From positions 1 through 29,152 of the forward strand of contig CAVXZB010000011.1 of assembly GCA_963765895.1 (NCBI GenBank): a stretch of DNA of 29,152 nt, given 5' to 3'. Source of the stretch: an uncultured Nitrososphaeraceae archaeon (GTDB lineage: Archaea; Thermoproteota; Nitrososphaeria; Nitrososphaerales; Nitrososphaeraceae). Made by a program: the position numbers and the translations under genes. This document shows positions 19,250 to 28,481 of the stretch, in pieces (the stretch's first letter is position 1; every line of letters begins with the position of its first letter). Under the pieces are notes generated by a model. The model ran no database searches. It was not told where the DNA came from and saw only the letters and a program-made list of their open reading frames with translations.

Positions 19250-20091
19250 ATGGTCTGTCCAGTCAATTTCGTGAAAAAGATAATCCCAATCCTTATTTTG
19301 GTCAGTTTAACTGTAAGCGTAATTACGATAATGTCTCAACACGTAACCTTTGCCCTGTATTTCTTACCACTTAACAATACTCTCATTAATCAGGAAGGAG
19401 AAAATGTTACGAATCGAACTATACCTGCCGGTCCTGCTCCTGCGCCTACCAATAATCAAACTAGGCTTGCTTTACCTGCCGGTCCTGCTCCTGCGCCTAC
19501 CAATAATCAAACTAGGCTTGCTTTACCTGCCGGTCCTGCTCCTGCGCCTACCAATAATCAAACTAGCTTGCTTTACCTCCTGCGCCTACCAATAATCCCT
19601 CGCTATTATCATATATCGATCCTACATTCAAATTCAAATTATCTTATCCGTCAAATCTTACAAAATACGGTGTGCTAAATCTAAACATACATAAAACTAC
19701 AAATATAGGACACGAAAGCCTTGGGGAAGTCGCGTTTGGATTACCTAAAAGCAGCGGAACTTTTTTAACTATATCCTTTGGTAAAGAACCAGGAAATTTT
19801 CTATTAAAAGATTATGTAGCAGCAGAAATCAATTTCTTGAGTAGATACATGGGATTTAAACAAGTTGAATCGACTCCCATGTCGTTGGGAGGAAATCCTG
19901 CGAATAGAATTGTCTACGTTTACGATATAGTCAAAAATGGATCAGAGGTCAAGCAAGGAAAGAGTATGGAAATCATCACAATAAGCAATTCCTGGCCCAT
20001 TTTCGTAGAGTATAGAGGTTCATTAAGTGACTATCAAAAATATCTTCCTCTAGCACAGAAAATCATAGATTCATTTCAATTTACAAAGTAA
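19250..20091 (+). CDS. Secreted repeat-containing protein: signal anchor, 17-aa PAGPAPAPTNNQTRLAL repeats, and a C-terminal globular domain. Split in two by a 1-nt deletion inside the third repeat.
   Basis: Track ORFs 19250-19678 and 19672-20091 differ by -1 frame. Repeat copy 3 reads AACTAGCTTG where copies 1-2 read AACTAGGCTTG. Restoring the G gives ...PTNNQTRLALPPAPTNNPSLLSYIDPTFKFKLSYPSNLTKYGVLNLNIHKTTNIGHES..., which runs straight into the second ORF. The N-terminus VKKIIPILILVSLTVSVITIM is a signal anchor. Several N-x-T sequons are present. Confidence 0.65.
19423..19596. repeat. 51-bp tandem repeat, about 3.4 copies, in-gene
   Basis: The unit ACCTGCCGGTCCTGCTCCTGCGCCTACCAATAATCAAACTAGGCTTGCTTT starts at 19423, 19474 and 19525. 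Copy 3 lacks one G at ~19566. A fourth, partial copy (19575-19596) lacks 12 nt (GCCGGTCCTGCT). Confidence 0.95.
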
Positions 20092-20144
20092 ATAAGAAAA
20101 ATTCAAAATAAAAAAAGGATAGTGCTAGCATCCAAAAGCAGCAG

Positions 20145-20162
20145 GATTAGATTAGATTAGAT
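20145..20162. repeat. Short pentanucleotide microsatellite (GATTA)x3.6
   Basis: GATTAGATTAGATTAGAT read directly, in the spacer downstream of the repeat-protein gene. Confidence 0.9.
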
Positions 20163-20426
20163 ATCCTTCCTTGAAAAGTATTCTATTATATGAATCACAA
20201 AAAACTTCGCTATAATTAAAACTGACTTAACCCAAGGATTGAGAAAAATATATGAATACAATAATATGATAAAAAGCAAGGCATCACTGTTAAATGAACC
20301 ACTAGAATGAAATCTTATTCTATAATGATATATTTTACTCATTTTATTGAAAATAAATCAGATTAAATAAAGTGCATTAATATTCCTAAATGAAATATAT
20401 AGTCAAGTCCAGATAAATTCAGAATT

Positions 20427-20663
20427 ATGAATAACAAGAACACAATGATAGCCAGTCTAGCATTAGCAGCTTTGTTTATTGGAATAATGGCAATTATGAC
20501 AATCAACAGTGCATATGCATCAAGTAAGAATAGGGGAACTAGCAATCAACAAAATAGTTGTGGAAATGATGATCTTACAACGAATATCATATGTCAAAAT
20601 AATAATTCGAAAAATCATGGAAGAGATAATACAGTATTTGTGAATTCAACCCAACCACAATAA
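20427..20663 (+). CDS. Small secreted Asn-rich hypothetical protein
   Basis: MNNKNTMIASLALAALFIGIMAIMTINSAYASS is a signal peptide with an AYA|S site. A 45-aa Asn/Gln-rich mature part with 2 Cys follows. No homology was recognised. Confidence 0.4.
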   Translation: MNNKNTMIASLALAALFIGIMAIMTINSAYASSKNRGTSNQQNSCGNDDLTTNIICQNNNSKNHGRDNTVFVNSTQPQ

Positions 20664-21028
20664 AAGCAGATTTCTAACACAATTATCCTATTTTTGTTTT
20701 AGGAGTCCTTCGCAAGGTTAGGTAATTAAGTATCTGACATATTTTTTATTATTATACAAGATTTCATTTTAGATACCGAATTCAGTTGATTCTAAACTCT
20801 ATATTGACTCTCATTCCAAAAAAGACTTGTTAAGTGGATTGCCATTAGTCATTAGACTTTGCCCAATCTTATTGAAAATACGTGGAAACAATATGGCCAA
20901 TTCATACAGTGAGGACCCAATTTATACTGCAGTGATATGTGCTCATAGTAATATATGTCAGTCCTCATTCCATTATCCTTCATCATTGTTATTATTGATT
21001 ATTTTCCATACTTCCTTTGGCAAAATAT

Positions 21029-22274
21029 CTACGCTGTTGGTTGTCTTCTCTCAAGTTCTTGTAATCTTCCCGTTATAGCTATAAGTTGGTCTGATAAGTG
21101 TGCTATTGCATCATCTTTCATATTATCATGATCTCTCATAGATTGATTTAATTGCTCTAATTCTTCTACCTTGGTTTGAATATCTGCGCCCTGTCTTTCT
21201 AACTGATGAATGTTTAGGAATGTCAAATAAGGTTCAATTTTACGGAATAACTCTGCTTTTTCTGAATCTTTTTTGCGCCAGCATGTTGAATTAGAGTGTC
21301 CTATAAAATATTCGAGTAGTCAGCATAACCAAGATCAGAAATAGTAGTCTTTACAAATCTTCTAAAGGAATGCAGCGTTATCTGTCTACGTCGTTCGTTA
21401 CCGTCTTCTCTAGTGCCTCTGCCCATTCTATCCAGCGTCTTTCCAAAGGATCTAGCAAGATCGTAGTATATCATACTTGGAACTGGTTTTTCTCGATCCT
21501 GGTATACAGCAAAAATCAGATCGTTATCATTTCTTTCTGGTGTTCTGTATTCAGTGATCGTTTTTTCTGTTCGATTATCCTTGTAGCATACTCTTCTGCC
21601 ACGATACTTGTATTCCAGCCATTGTTTTAATTGAGCTACAATTTCTTCAGTTAGGAAAATATGTCTGTCAGTCTTGGTCTTTGTAAACTCTCCTCTGACA
21701 AATATTTTTGCTGGCCGAGCTTCTAAATGTAGATCTTTAATTCGTATTGATAATGCTTCTACAGCTCTGAAACCAGTTGCAGCTAATAGCATAATATATG
21801 TTTTTAATCTTATATCCGAGCACACATTCAGAATATCAGTTATATCTTCTTTTGATAATGCCTCTTTGCTCTTCCTTATAACTTTGGGTATCTTTACTTT
21901 CAGTTTAAATTTCCTTGGACTCATCTACATCATGATACTCAAGGAAATTTTTGCAGTGATTATACGAGCCTTTAGTGTAGCCGGTGAGATATTCAAATTG
22001 TCTGTAGATAGATAACATAATTGCTTAAAATATCATAAGGATCTTCACGACCTTCTCTAATTTTCATTATTAAATTATCTGGTGTAGTCTTGTAATCATT
22101 CGTAATGAAAATTTGAAAAGTCGTTAATCTGAAATGATATTCATATGCAGTTGCTTTATTCATTGCACGTATATTTCTAATGTATTTGTCCATTACCTTG
22201 TCTGAGCTTTGAGAATAAGAGTAACTCTGCCGTCTGTGTAGCAGTTGTTTTAAGTATCTTTTTTGTTGATCCAA
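21029..22274 (-). pseudogene. Tyrosine recombinase (phage-type integrase), disrupted at three or more places
   Basis: Four track ORFs or frames assemble into one integrase. The N-terminal SAM-like part is 21993-22274 (ATAYEYHFRLTTFQ...DPYDILSNYVIYLQ). After a frameshift it reads NLNISPATLKARIITAK. Next comes a TAG at 21925-21927, or alternatively a pair of compensating shifts giving NFLEYHDVD. The catalytic domain is 21301-21924 (LLAATGFRAVEAL, ITLHSFRRFVKT). A 1-nt deletion near 21306-21312 is followed by EYFIGHSNSTCWRKKDSEKAELFRKIEPYLTFLNIHQLE...QPTA* (to 21029). Confidence 0.8.
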
Positions 22275-22475
22275 TCGTCAAATATGTTAAGATCATTCTT
22301 TATTTGATAATGATACTTAAATAGATTTTGTATTGTTATCTTAATATACATAAACAACCACGCCGTTTATGCATAGACTAGTGGTACGTCAAAATGATAA
22401 CCGCAAGACAAGAAAACTCATAACTACTACCGCCATGTAAGATGAATGTTGAATGCACTAGTAATAGGAACTATA

Positions 22476-24161
22476 ATGAAATTTAGGAATATAACTACTC
22501 TTAGTGTTTTATTAGCCGTACAAATTACTGTATTATTTATTTTAACGTCAGTACTTTTGATTGGCTTATTACATCCATTGCATGCTCAGATTGGCAATAC
22601 GTCTAGCACTAGCATGATTTTTCATATACTCAAAGGCGGCACTTCCAAATCTGGGGAATTGATTCCATCTTATTCTAGACTATACAATCTGACATTAGGA
22701 GAATGGACTTCTCGATGGTGGCAGTGGGGTTATTCTATACCAAAAAATATCAACCCTGCTTATGATGATAATGGTAGACATTGCGCTGAAAAACAAAACG
22801 GCCCGGTGTGGTTCTTAGCTGGCACCTACGGTCATTCTGTTGTTCGTCATTGTGATATTCCTTCAGGAAAAACAATCTTACTACCCATATTAAACTCCGA
22901 ATGCTCTTTTGCTGAATTTCCCAAGCTTAAGACATTATCCGAATTACGTATATGTGCCAAAACTATTCAGGACCAAGTGACTAAAGTTAATGCAAGTGTT
23001 GACGGAATGCCTTTACCACACTTAGAAAAATATCGTATCCAATCGCCCCCATTTAATTTTACTCTACCTCATGGAAATATTCTAGGACTTGCTGATAACA
23101 CTAGTACACAGGCGATAGCAGATGGTAACTGGATTTTTTTAAAACCACTTTCTATTGGCACTCATAAAATAATATTTAAAGGTGAAGTACAGCCACAAAC
23201 AGAAAGAAACTCTATTACTAATTCTTTTGCGTTTCCTTCAGGATGGGATTTTGAAACAATCTATAATTTAACAGTGAAAAATGCAACAAATGTCTATCAT
23301 ACACAGAATAAAAGCTCAATAGTAGAGAGACAAAATTCAACAGTCAGGACTGGCCAAATCAATATCGCAAAACTATTAGCTAACATGGTTGGCAATACTT
23401 TGTATCATGCAGTTAGTCTTTTGGAAATGACAAGCAAAGAGCCTGCTGTACAAAATATATCTTTTGCAAATTTCATTGACAAAAAGTCCATGGGAATTCC
23501 AGCTAATATGGATTTAACAAAAAGAAAAGTGGCACAAGATATCTTGGAAAGAGATAAGGATATCAGAAATATTTACTTTCTAACTCCAGATGCTAACGTA
23601 TACATTGGGGAGCCATTCTCTTACCAAAAACAACTTCCAAAGCTAAATTATGCTGACAGAGATTGGTATAAGGGAGCAAAGGCATCCAATAATACCTACA
23701 TAAGTGAAGTATTTATCTCGGCCTCGATCCACAGTCCAGCAACGGCAATTGCTGTTCCGGTATCTAGCATTCAAAAAACTGATGTTTACACTTATGATAA
23801 CAGTAATAAAACTAAAGCCATTTCAGGATACTGGGTGGGAATATTGGATCTACGTAGTATATTACACAGTATGAGAAACCTGAATCTTACTAATGATGGA
23901 AGGATTCTTGTGGTTGATCATAATGGTACAACAATAGTGGACTCTTCTCCATCTTATGCTACAAGTGATAACGCATCTTCACCCTCAAGTAAATTGATCA
24001 ATTTTAGTTATCTTAAGAGTACAAAAGCCGTAGTGCATGGAAGTGCAGGATCATCATTTGAGACAGTTGATGGTACGAAGAAATTTGTGGTTTATCAACC
24101 GATCCAAGTGGGCAATCGTTTCTGGGGAGTTATTTTAATCGAACCAGTCTCATCATCCTAG
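22476..24161 (+). CDS. Membrane-anchored extracytoplasmic protein: an N-terminal Trp/Cys-containing domain of unknown function plus a C-terminal Cache-type sensor domain, with no output domain
   Basis: The ATG at 22476 gives MKFRNITTLSVLLAVQITVLFILTSVLLIGLL, a signal anchor. The N-terminal domain contains WTSRWWQWGYSIP...HCAEKQNGPVWFLAGTYG...RHCDIPSGKTILLPILNSECS. The Cache-like part contains IRNIYFLTPDANVYIGEP...YADRDWYKGAKASNNTYISEVFISASIHSPATAIAVPV...GYWVGILDLRSI...GRILVVDHNGTTIVDS. The protein ends right after the sensor domain. Confidence 0.75.
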   Translation: MKFRNITTLSVLLAVQITVLFILTSVLLIGLLHPLHAQIGNTSSTSMIFHILKGGTSKSGELIPSYSRLYNLTLGEWTSRWWQWGYSIPKNINPAYDDNGRHCAEKQNGPVWFLAGTYGHSVVRHCDIPSGKTILLPILNSECSFAEFPKLKTLSELRICAKTIQDQVTKVNASVDGMPLPHLEKYRIQSPPFNFTLPHGNILGLADNTSTQAIADGNWIFLKPLSIGTHKIIFKGEVQPQTERNSITNSFAFPSGWDFETIYNLTVKNATNVYHTQNKSSIVERQNSTVRTGQINIAKLLANMVGNTLYHAVSLLEMTSKEPAVQNISFANFIDKKSMGIPANMDLTKRKVAQDILERDKDIRNIYFLTPDANVYIGEPFSYQKQLPKLNYADRDWYKGAKASNNTYISEVFISASIHSPATAIAVPVSSIQKTDVYTYDNSNKTKAISGYWVGILDLRSILHSMRNLNLTNDGRILVVDHNGTTIVDSSPSYATSDNASSPSSKLINFSYLKSTKAVVHGSAGSSFETVDGTKKFVVYQPIQVGNRFWGVILIEPVSSS

Positions 24162-24340
24162 CCTTAACTGTACATAGTTTGTAAGACAGAATATTGATGC
24201 TTGTCAAGAACAAAAGGATATAAGCCAAATCCTAAATATCTTGACCCATTATTATTGATGTCACGCCGATGTTGCTTACTATGTACTTCACCAATCAGCC
24301 AAAAATGATTATAACACATGCTTTCTAGATATATTAGAAT

Positions 24341-24758
24341 ATGATAAAGGGTTAAACCAATCAAATCACAGAACCTGTAGCTCAACTTTTACTAGATAAA
24401 AATTTTGCATTCATATCTACATTAATGTCTGATGGATCTCCCCAGGTCACCCCCCACATGGGTAGAGCTTGAAGATGATATTATTCTTATAAACACTGCA
24501 GAAGGCAGAATAAAACATAAGAATATATCAAGAGATTCGAGAGTAGAGGTCTCAGTTACTGATTACAATAATCCATATAATATGATAAGCATTAGAGGAA
24601 TAGCTATAGAACAAACCGATGAAGGTGCCGATGAGCATATTGATAAACTCGCTAAAAAATATCTAGGTGTAGATAAATATCCAATGAGATCATCAGATGA
24701 AAAAAAGAATTATAGTAAAAATAAATCAAAAAAGGTATTTCATTTTTCATATTCATAA
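24341..24758 (+). pseudogene. Pyridoxamine 5'-phosphate oxidase (PPOX) / F420-binding split-barrel family gene with an early stop and a homopolymer frameshift
   Basis: Frame A reads ATG(24341) MIKG, then TAA(24353-24355), then TNQITEPVAQLLLDKNFAFISTLMSDGSPQVTP. The C6 run at 24450-24455 shifts into the track ORF frame: TWVELEDDIILINTAEGRIKHKNISRDSRVEVSVTDYNNPYNMISIRGIAIEQTDEGADEHIDKLAKKYLG. With C5 the junction reads SPQVTPTWVELEDD, a typical PPOX core. The tail may hold two more compensating shifts at the A7 (24700-24706) and A6 (24728-24733) runs, reading DEKRIIVKINQKKV. Confidence 0.75.
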
Positions 24759-25118
24759 GATTAAATATTTGATTAATAGGAGATTCAAATATTACTATGA
24801 AATAATAGTTACAAATCTGACTCATTTGTAAATCATTATTGACTTCTAAAATTAGAGAATATAAAAGAGATATCCTGTCTTTGATTTAGTTGATCTAATA
24901 ACTAATTAAGTAATAAGTATCATTGCACACGATAAAGAATATCCGGTAAGTTGATACAGTTATTCTATATTAATACATTGCATTGCCTGGTCACTTAACC
25001 TATTGTAGCATCGTTCAGGTCGGTTTCCTGATGTTATGATCACTTAACTCATAAGAGAATGGCGCAATCAAGAGCATAACTCTTATTACTAATATTATCG
25101 AAGTTTTTAGCTACCCGA

Positions 25119-25478
25119 ATGTCAATGTCAACTCATTATAATAATTCAATAAGAACTCACTATAGTTTAGATGTCATTGTGAAGGTTCTGAAGACTAAAG
25201 ATGCTAATAAGGCTAACATCAGTGATAATAACAATGACGATAGGTATATCAACGGTAATAAAGTCGATAAAGGAATAAATTTTCTAATGTGTAACACGTG
25301 TTTCTGGTGTGCATCAATTTATTCGCCTATCTATTCAAATACAAGTAGTATTTCAAATACCAGATGCCCTCTGTGTTACGATAATAATGGTTTAGAGTCA
25401 ATACCGATATGTAAAGATGAATCGTTTAGGATTAATTACAATCCAAAAACAGGAGTTGTATTAGAGTTTTTGCGATAA
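25119..25478 (+). CDS. Small hypothetical protein with a C-terminal CxxC...CxxC zinc-ribbon-like motif
   Basis: 119 aa, with LMCNTCFWCASIY...TRCPLCYDNNGLESIPICKDE. The two Cys pairs are ~25 residues apart. The N-terminal half is Asn/Asp-rich. I did not recognise a family. Confidence 0.5.
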   Translation: MSMSTHYNNSIRTHYSLDVIVKVLKTKDANKANISDNNNDDRYINGNKVDKGINFLMCNTCFWCASIYSPIYSNTSSISNTRCPLCYDNNGLESIPICKDESFRINYNPKTGVVLEFLR

Positions 25479-25940
25479 ACAATACTTATGATAAACATAA
25501 TTGATTGGCAGAAAAGTCAGTCGTAAATCATTATTAAATGAATCATACAATTAATGATATATCTTCTTCTTCTCAAAGCAATCGTAGAAATGAGGCCTTT
25601 TGCAGGATTCCCGTTAATATAGATCTGGAAAGAGGCTGATTTGTCCACCAGGTTAATTCAGACAGTTCATCCTGATATTCAGAATACATGATTTTGATAT
25701 AACTATCGAAGTTAATTGACGAATATAGAAACTCCGATTTCGAATTAATAGTTTTTGATATTATCATAAAATCCTGATTTTAAGATGGTAAAATAGAACA
25801 CATTTATTTATCAAATAGTAAATATAAAATCATGTATGTTCTGAGATGTGTCTTAATATTCCAGTTCACCTATCCATACTACAATAACAAATCATCATCC
25901 ATACAAATGATAACAAGTTTATACACAAGTACTTCAGTCA

Positions 25941-26225
25941 ATGCCAGACCAACTCTTTATTGAGGGAGATAGAATGAATATCACCGAGTCTGAACAACCA
26001 GTCAAGATCATTGCAAAAACATGTGGCTGCAAGGATAAGGGAACTAAGATAACATACTCTTTTATTGATGCATATCATAGCCTTTGCATCGATAAAAAGG
26101 ACATCATATCATCCGAATTGGAAGCATGCGAGAGTCTATTGATGAGTACCACAGACGGATCAGATCGACTGGCTATCGAATCCGAAATGGTAGAATTAAA
26201 AATGGCACTTGATCTAATGCCCTAG
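25941..26225 (+). CDS. Small acidic hypothetical protein
   Basis: 94-aa ORF. A TTTATA element at 25918-25923, 18-23 nt upstream of the ATG, would fit a leaderless archaeal transcript. The C-terminal part is helical-looking (DRLAIESEMVELKMALDLMP). No homology was recognised. Confidence 0.4.
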   Translation: MPDQLFIEGDRMNITESEQPVKIIAKTCGCKDKGTKITYSFIDAYHSLCIDKKDIISSELEACESLLMSTTDGSDRLAIESEMVELKMALDLMP

Positions 26226-26338
26226 ATTCTGAAGGAAATATTCCCTGTTGTCAAATATATATGGTAGGATTTTCTTTAATATTATAAAATCTGCTTCGGC
26301 GTCAACATCAAATATTAGTAACAACAATAGTCTCTTCT

Positions 26339-26642
26339 TTACATCGCTATTTGATTGAATCGGTATTGTAGCTCTAATCTAATCTCCAGAGAATATCTAC
26401 TGATCGAAAATAGTAGATTGCCAATTTTTGATTTAAATTTGTCACGAGTTGCAGAACGAATGACCGCTTGTACTGCGGCTCTTGCATCTTCTTGTGGTGA
26501 CATCAAATCAACCAGTCCTCGTCTCGAAATAGAGACGAAGAGGCCAATATATTTCCCAGATTATCGGTTATTGCAGCAGATCGTATAAAGTAATCTTTTT
26601 CAAGAATTTGAGTACAAAATACTTCCAAGTAGATTCGGTCAT
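26339..26642 (-). pseudogene. Possible Roadblock/LC7 (MglB-like) small protein gene broken by two frameshifts
   Basis: Three minus-strand frames read consecutively. These are MTESTWKYFVLKFLKK (ATG 26640-26642), DYFIRSAAITDNLGNILASSSLFRDEDWLI, and MSPQEDARAAVQAVIRSATRDKFKSKIGNLLFSISRYSLEIRLEL...*. The spacing of G-x-I-L-A-S and the later AA..A helix resembles Roadblock/LC7, but this is pattern recognition only. Confidence 0.3.
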
Positions 26643-27517
26643 TTTGATTGTTATCGGAATTGTAAGTAATTAGACTTTCTCCACTCCTAATGATTTCAGT
26701 ATGATATCATTAAAGGATAGTATAAACGCAAGACAAGACTACTAGAGTTGCTATCAAATTTTTCTTTATCAATACACTATTTTCTTAACTATTCCATAGA
26801 TTTGCTGTCCCATAAAATGGTGTTGAGTATCTTTATCAGCAAGATTAATATGGATTGTTCTACCTTTTGAGACAACTACTGTCGCATTCACATCATCCAA
26901 TATTTCTTACCATTTGTTCCAACGTCTATTATATCTGAGATAAATGTGCTCTTATCCCTCTTACGCTGGATAATATCGTCATCATTACCAGCTCCAAAGT
27001 TACTCACTTTATGTATATGATTACTTGTTTCACCACTAACAAGACCAGTATGTAAAAGTTTGCTTTAAAAGTCTGCCAATTTTCCGTGATTTACATCCAT
27101 ATCCTAATCGCCGGATAGGATACTTTTGTACAGTTGTCATATCAATAATTCTCGTATTTGCTGTTATTCCAAATACCAAAAGAACTTATAGACCAATTCA
27201 TATTAAAGGTGGTAGTAGCATAATAGCACTAAGCTTGTCCCAATGCCAGTTTATTTATCTGATCTGATGTAGCACGTATCATTATAATCATAATTAGAAG
27301 AGGTATTACAGTTATTGACATTAAATGTCCTTTTTGAGAGTTTTATAAAATGGAATCATATAAGTAAAACTAGGATTACTTTTCAGATGCCACTCACTCA
27401 TACTGAAGTTCCCAGATCTTGCTGATCCTATGATGGTTTTTATACTATAATTATTAGTTCAAAGTTTAAAGAATAAGACCGAATCAAAAATAACATATTA
27501 GTAATATATGATTAACT

Positions 27518-28481
27518 GGCTCTGTAGAAACCATGTTCTGAATACCGTTAGAGCTTTCTAGACGTATGATCGAATATGGATGTTGAAAGAATCAAGATAT
27601 GTTAGACTGGCTAATCACTATGTACCGTGTCTTGAGAAATTCAAGGATACCATTGTTTCTTCACAGAAAGAGCAATCATGTCATTTACGATATGGCAGCA
27701 TTTAGTATTACTTACAATAAGACAGTACGAAGGTAAGAGTTATAGGATGTTTATCGAGTGGTTGGTCGAGGCGCATTACCTTAGATTATATTTACGATTG
27801 TCACATATTCCTCATTTTACAACATTGCAAAAGTTTACAGACAGACAGAATTAGCAATTCACTTGCTTGAAAAGATAATTTCGTCATTCATTGTAATTAG
27901 CGGTACGAAGCATATCTTTGCAGGAATAGATTCAACTGGATTTAAGATAACTCATGCTTCACAATATTATAATGAACGAATAGAATCAAGAAGAAAATAT
28001 GCGAAATTATCTATTGGAGCAGATGTATTACAACAAATTATGTTCAACATAAGGATAAGACGAGCTCCAACAAGACATGATAATGTGGATTTCAGGCCAA
28101 TCATAACAAGAATGTCAAATATCTCTTCCATTATCTGTAGTTACAGCTGATAAGGGATATGATAATGAAGACAATCATCACTTGGTAAGAGAAACCTTGC
28201 ATGCATTAAGCGTTATTCCAGCTCGATATGAACATGTACCTATATGGAGAACACATGGCAGATATAGAAAGCAGATGAAGCATGGTTATAACGAATTATT
28301 GTACAATCACCGAAACAAGGATGAAACCATAGTGTCTGTCATAAAACGACTATTTGGAGAATATAATTTCTAGATTAAGGCTAGTAAAAACACAAAACAG
28401 GGAACTATCATTCAGATGCATAACCTATAATATGCATAGACTAACGAATATTGTAATATTGATGATGATTTCTACATGGCC
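27518..28481 (+). mobile_element. IS element (~0.96 kb, IS5-family-like) with imperfect terminal inverted repeats and a perfect 8-bp target-site duplication
   Basis: The left end is GGCTCTGTAGAAACCAT (27518-27534). The reverse complement of the right end is GGCCATGTAGAAATCAT (28465-28481), matching at 14/17 positions. The flanking direct repeat GATTAACT occurs at 27510-27517 and 28482-28489. The interior encodes a DDE transposase in pieces. Confidence 0.8.

Noticed and set aside
19350-19595. 81-aa ORF in an alternative frame of the 51-bp repeats (LLLRLPIIKLGLLYLPV x3)
   Set aside because: It is a by-product of the tandem repeat staying open in a second frame. The PAGPAPAPTNNQT frame connects the signal peptide to the C-terminal domain and is the real one.
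19423-19596. Possible CRISPR array
   Set aside because: The repeats are directly adjacent with no spacers, 51 bp long, and protein-coding. No cas genes are present. No other repeat-spacer structure was seen in the window.
22275-22445. tRNA gene or att site next to the integrase
   Set aside because: I found no cloverleaf-compatible sequence, no GTTCRAATC-type T-loop, and no obvious matching direct repeat elsewhere by eye. This cannot be excluded without a computational repeat search.
25573-25767. 64-aa minus-strand ORF with a faint HTH-like stretch (DELSELTWWTNQPLSRSILTGILQK)
   Set aside because: The resemblance is weak, there is no clear start context, and I recognised no conservation. It is left uncalled.
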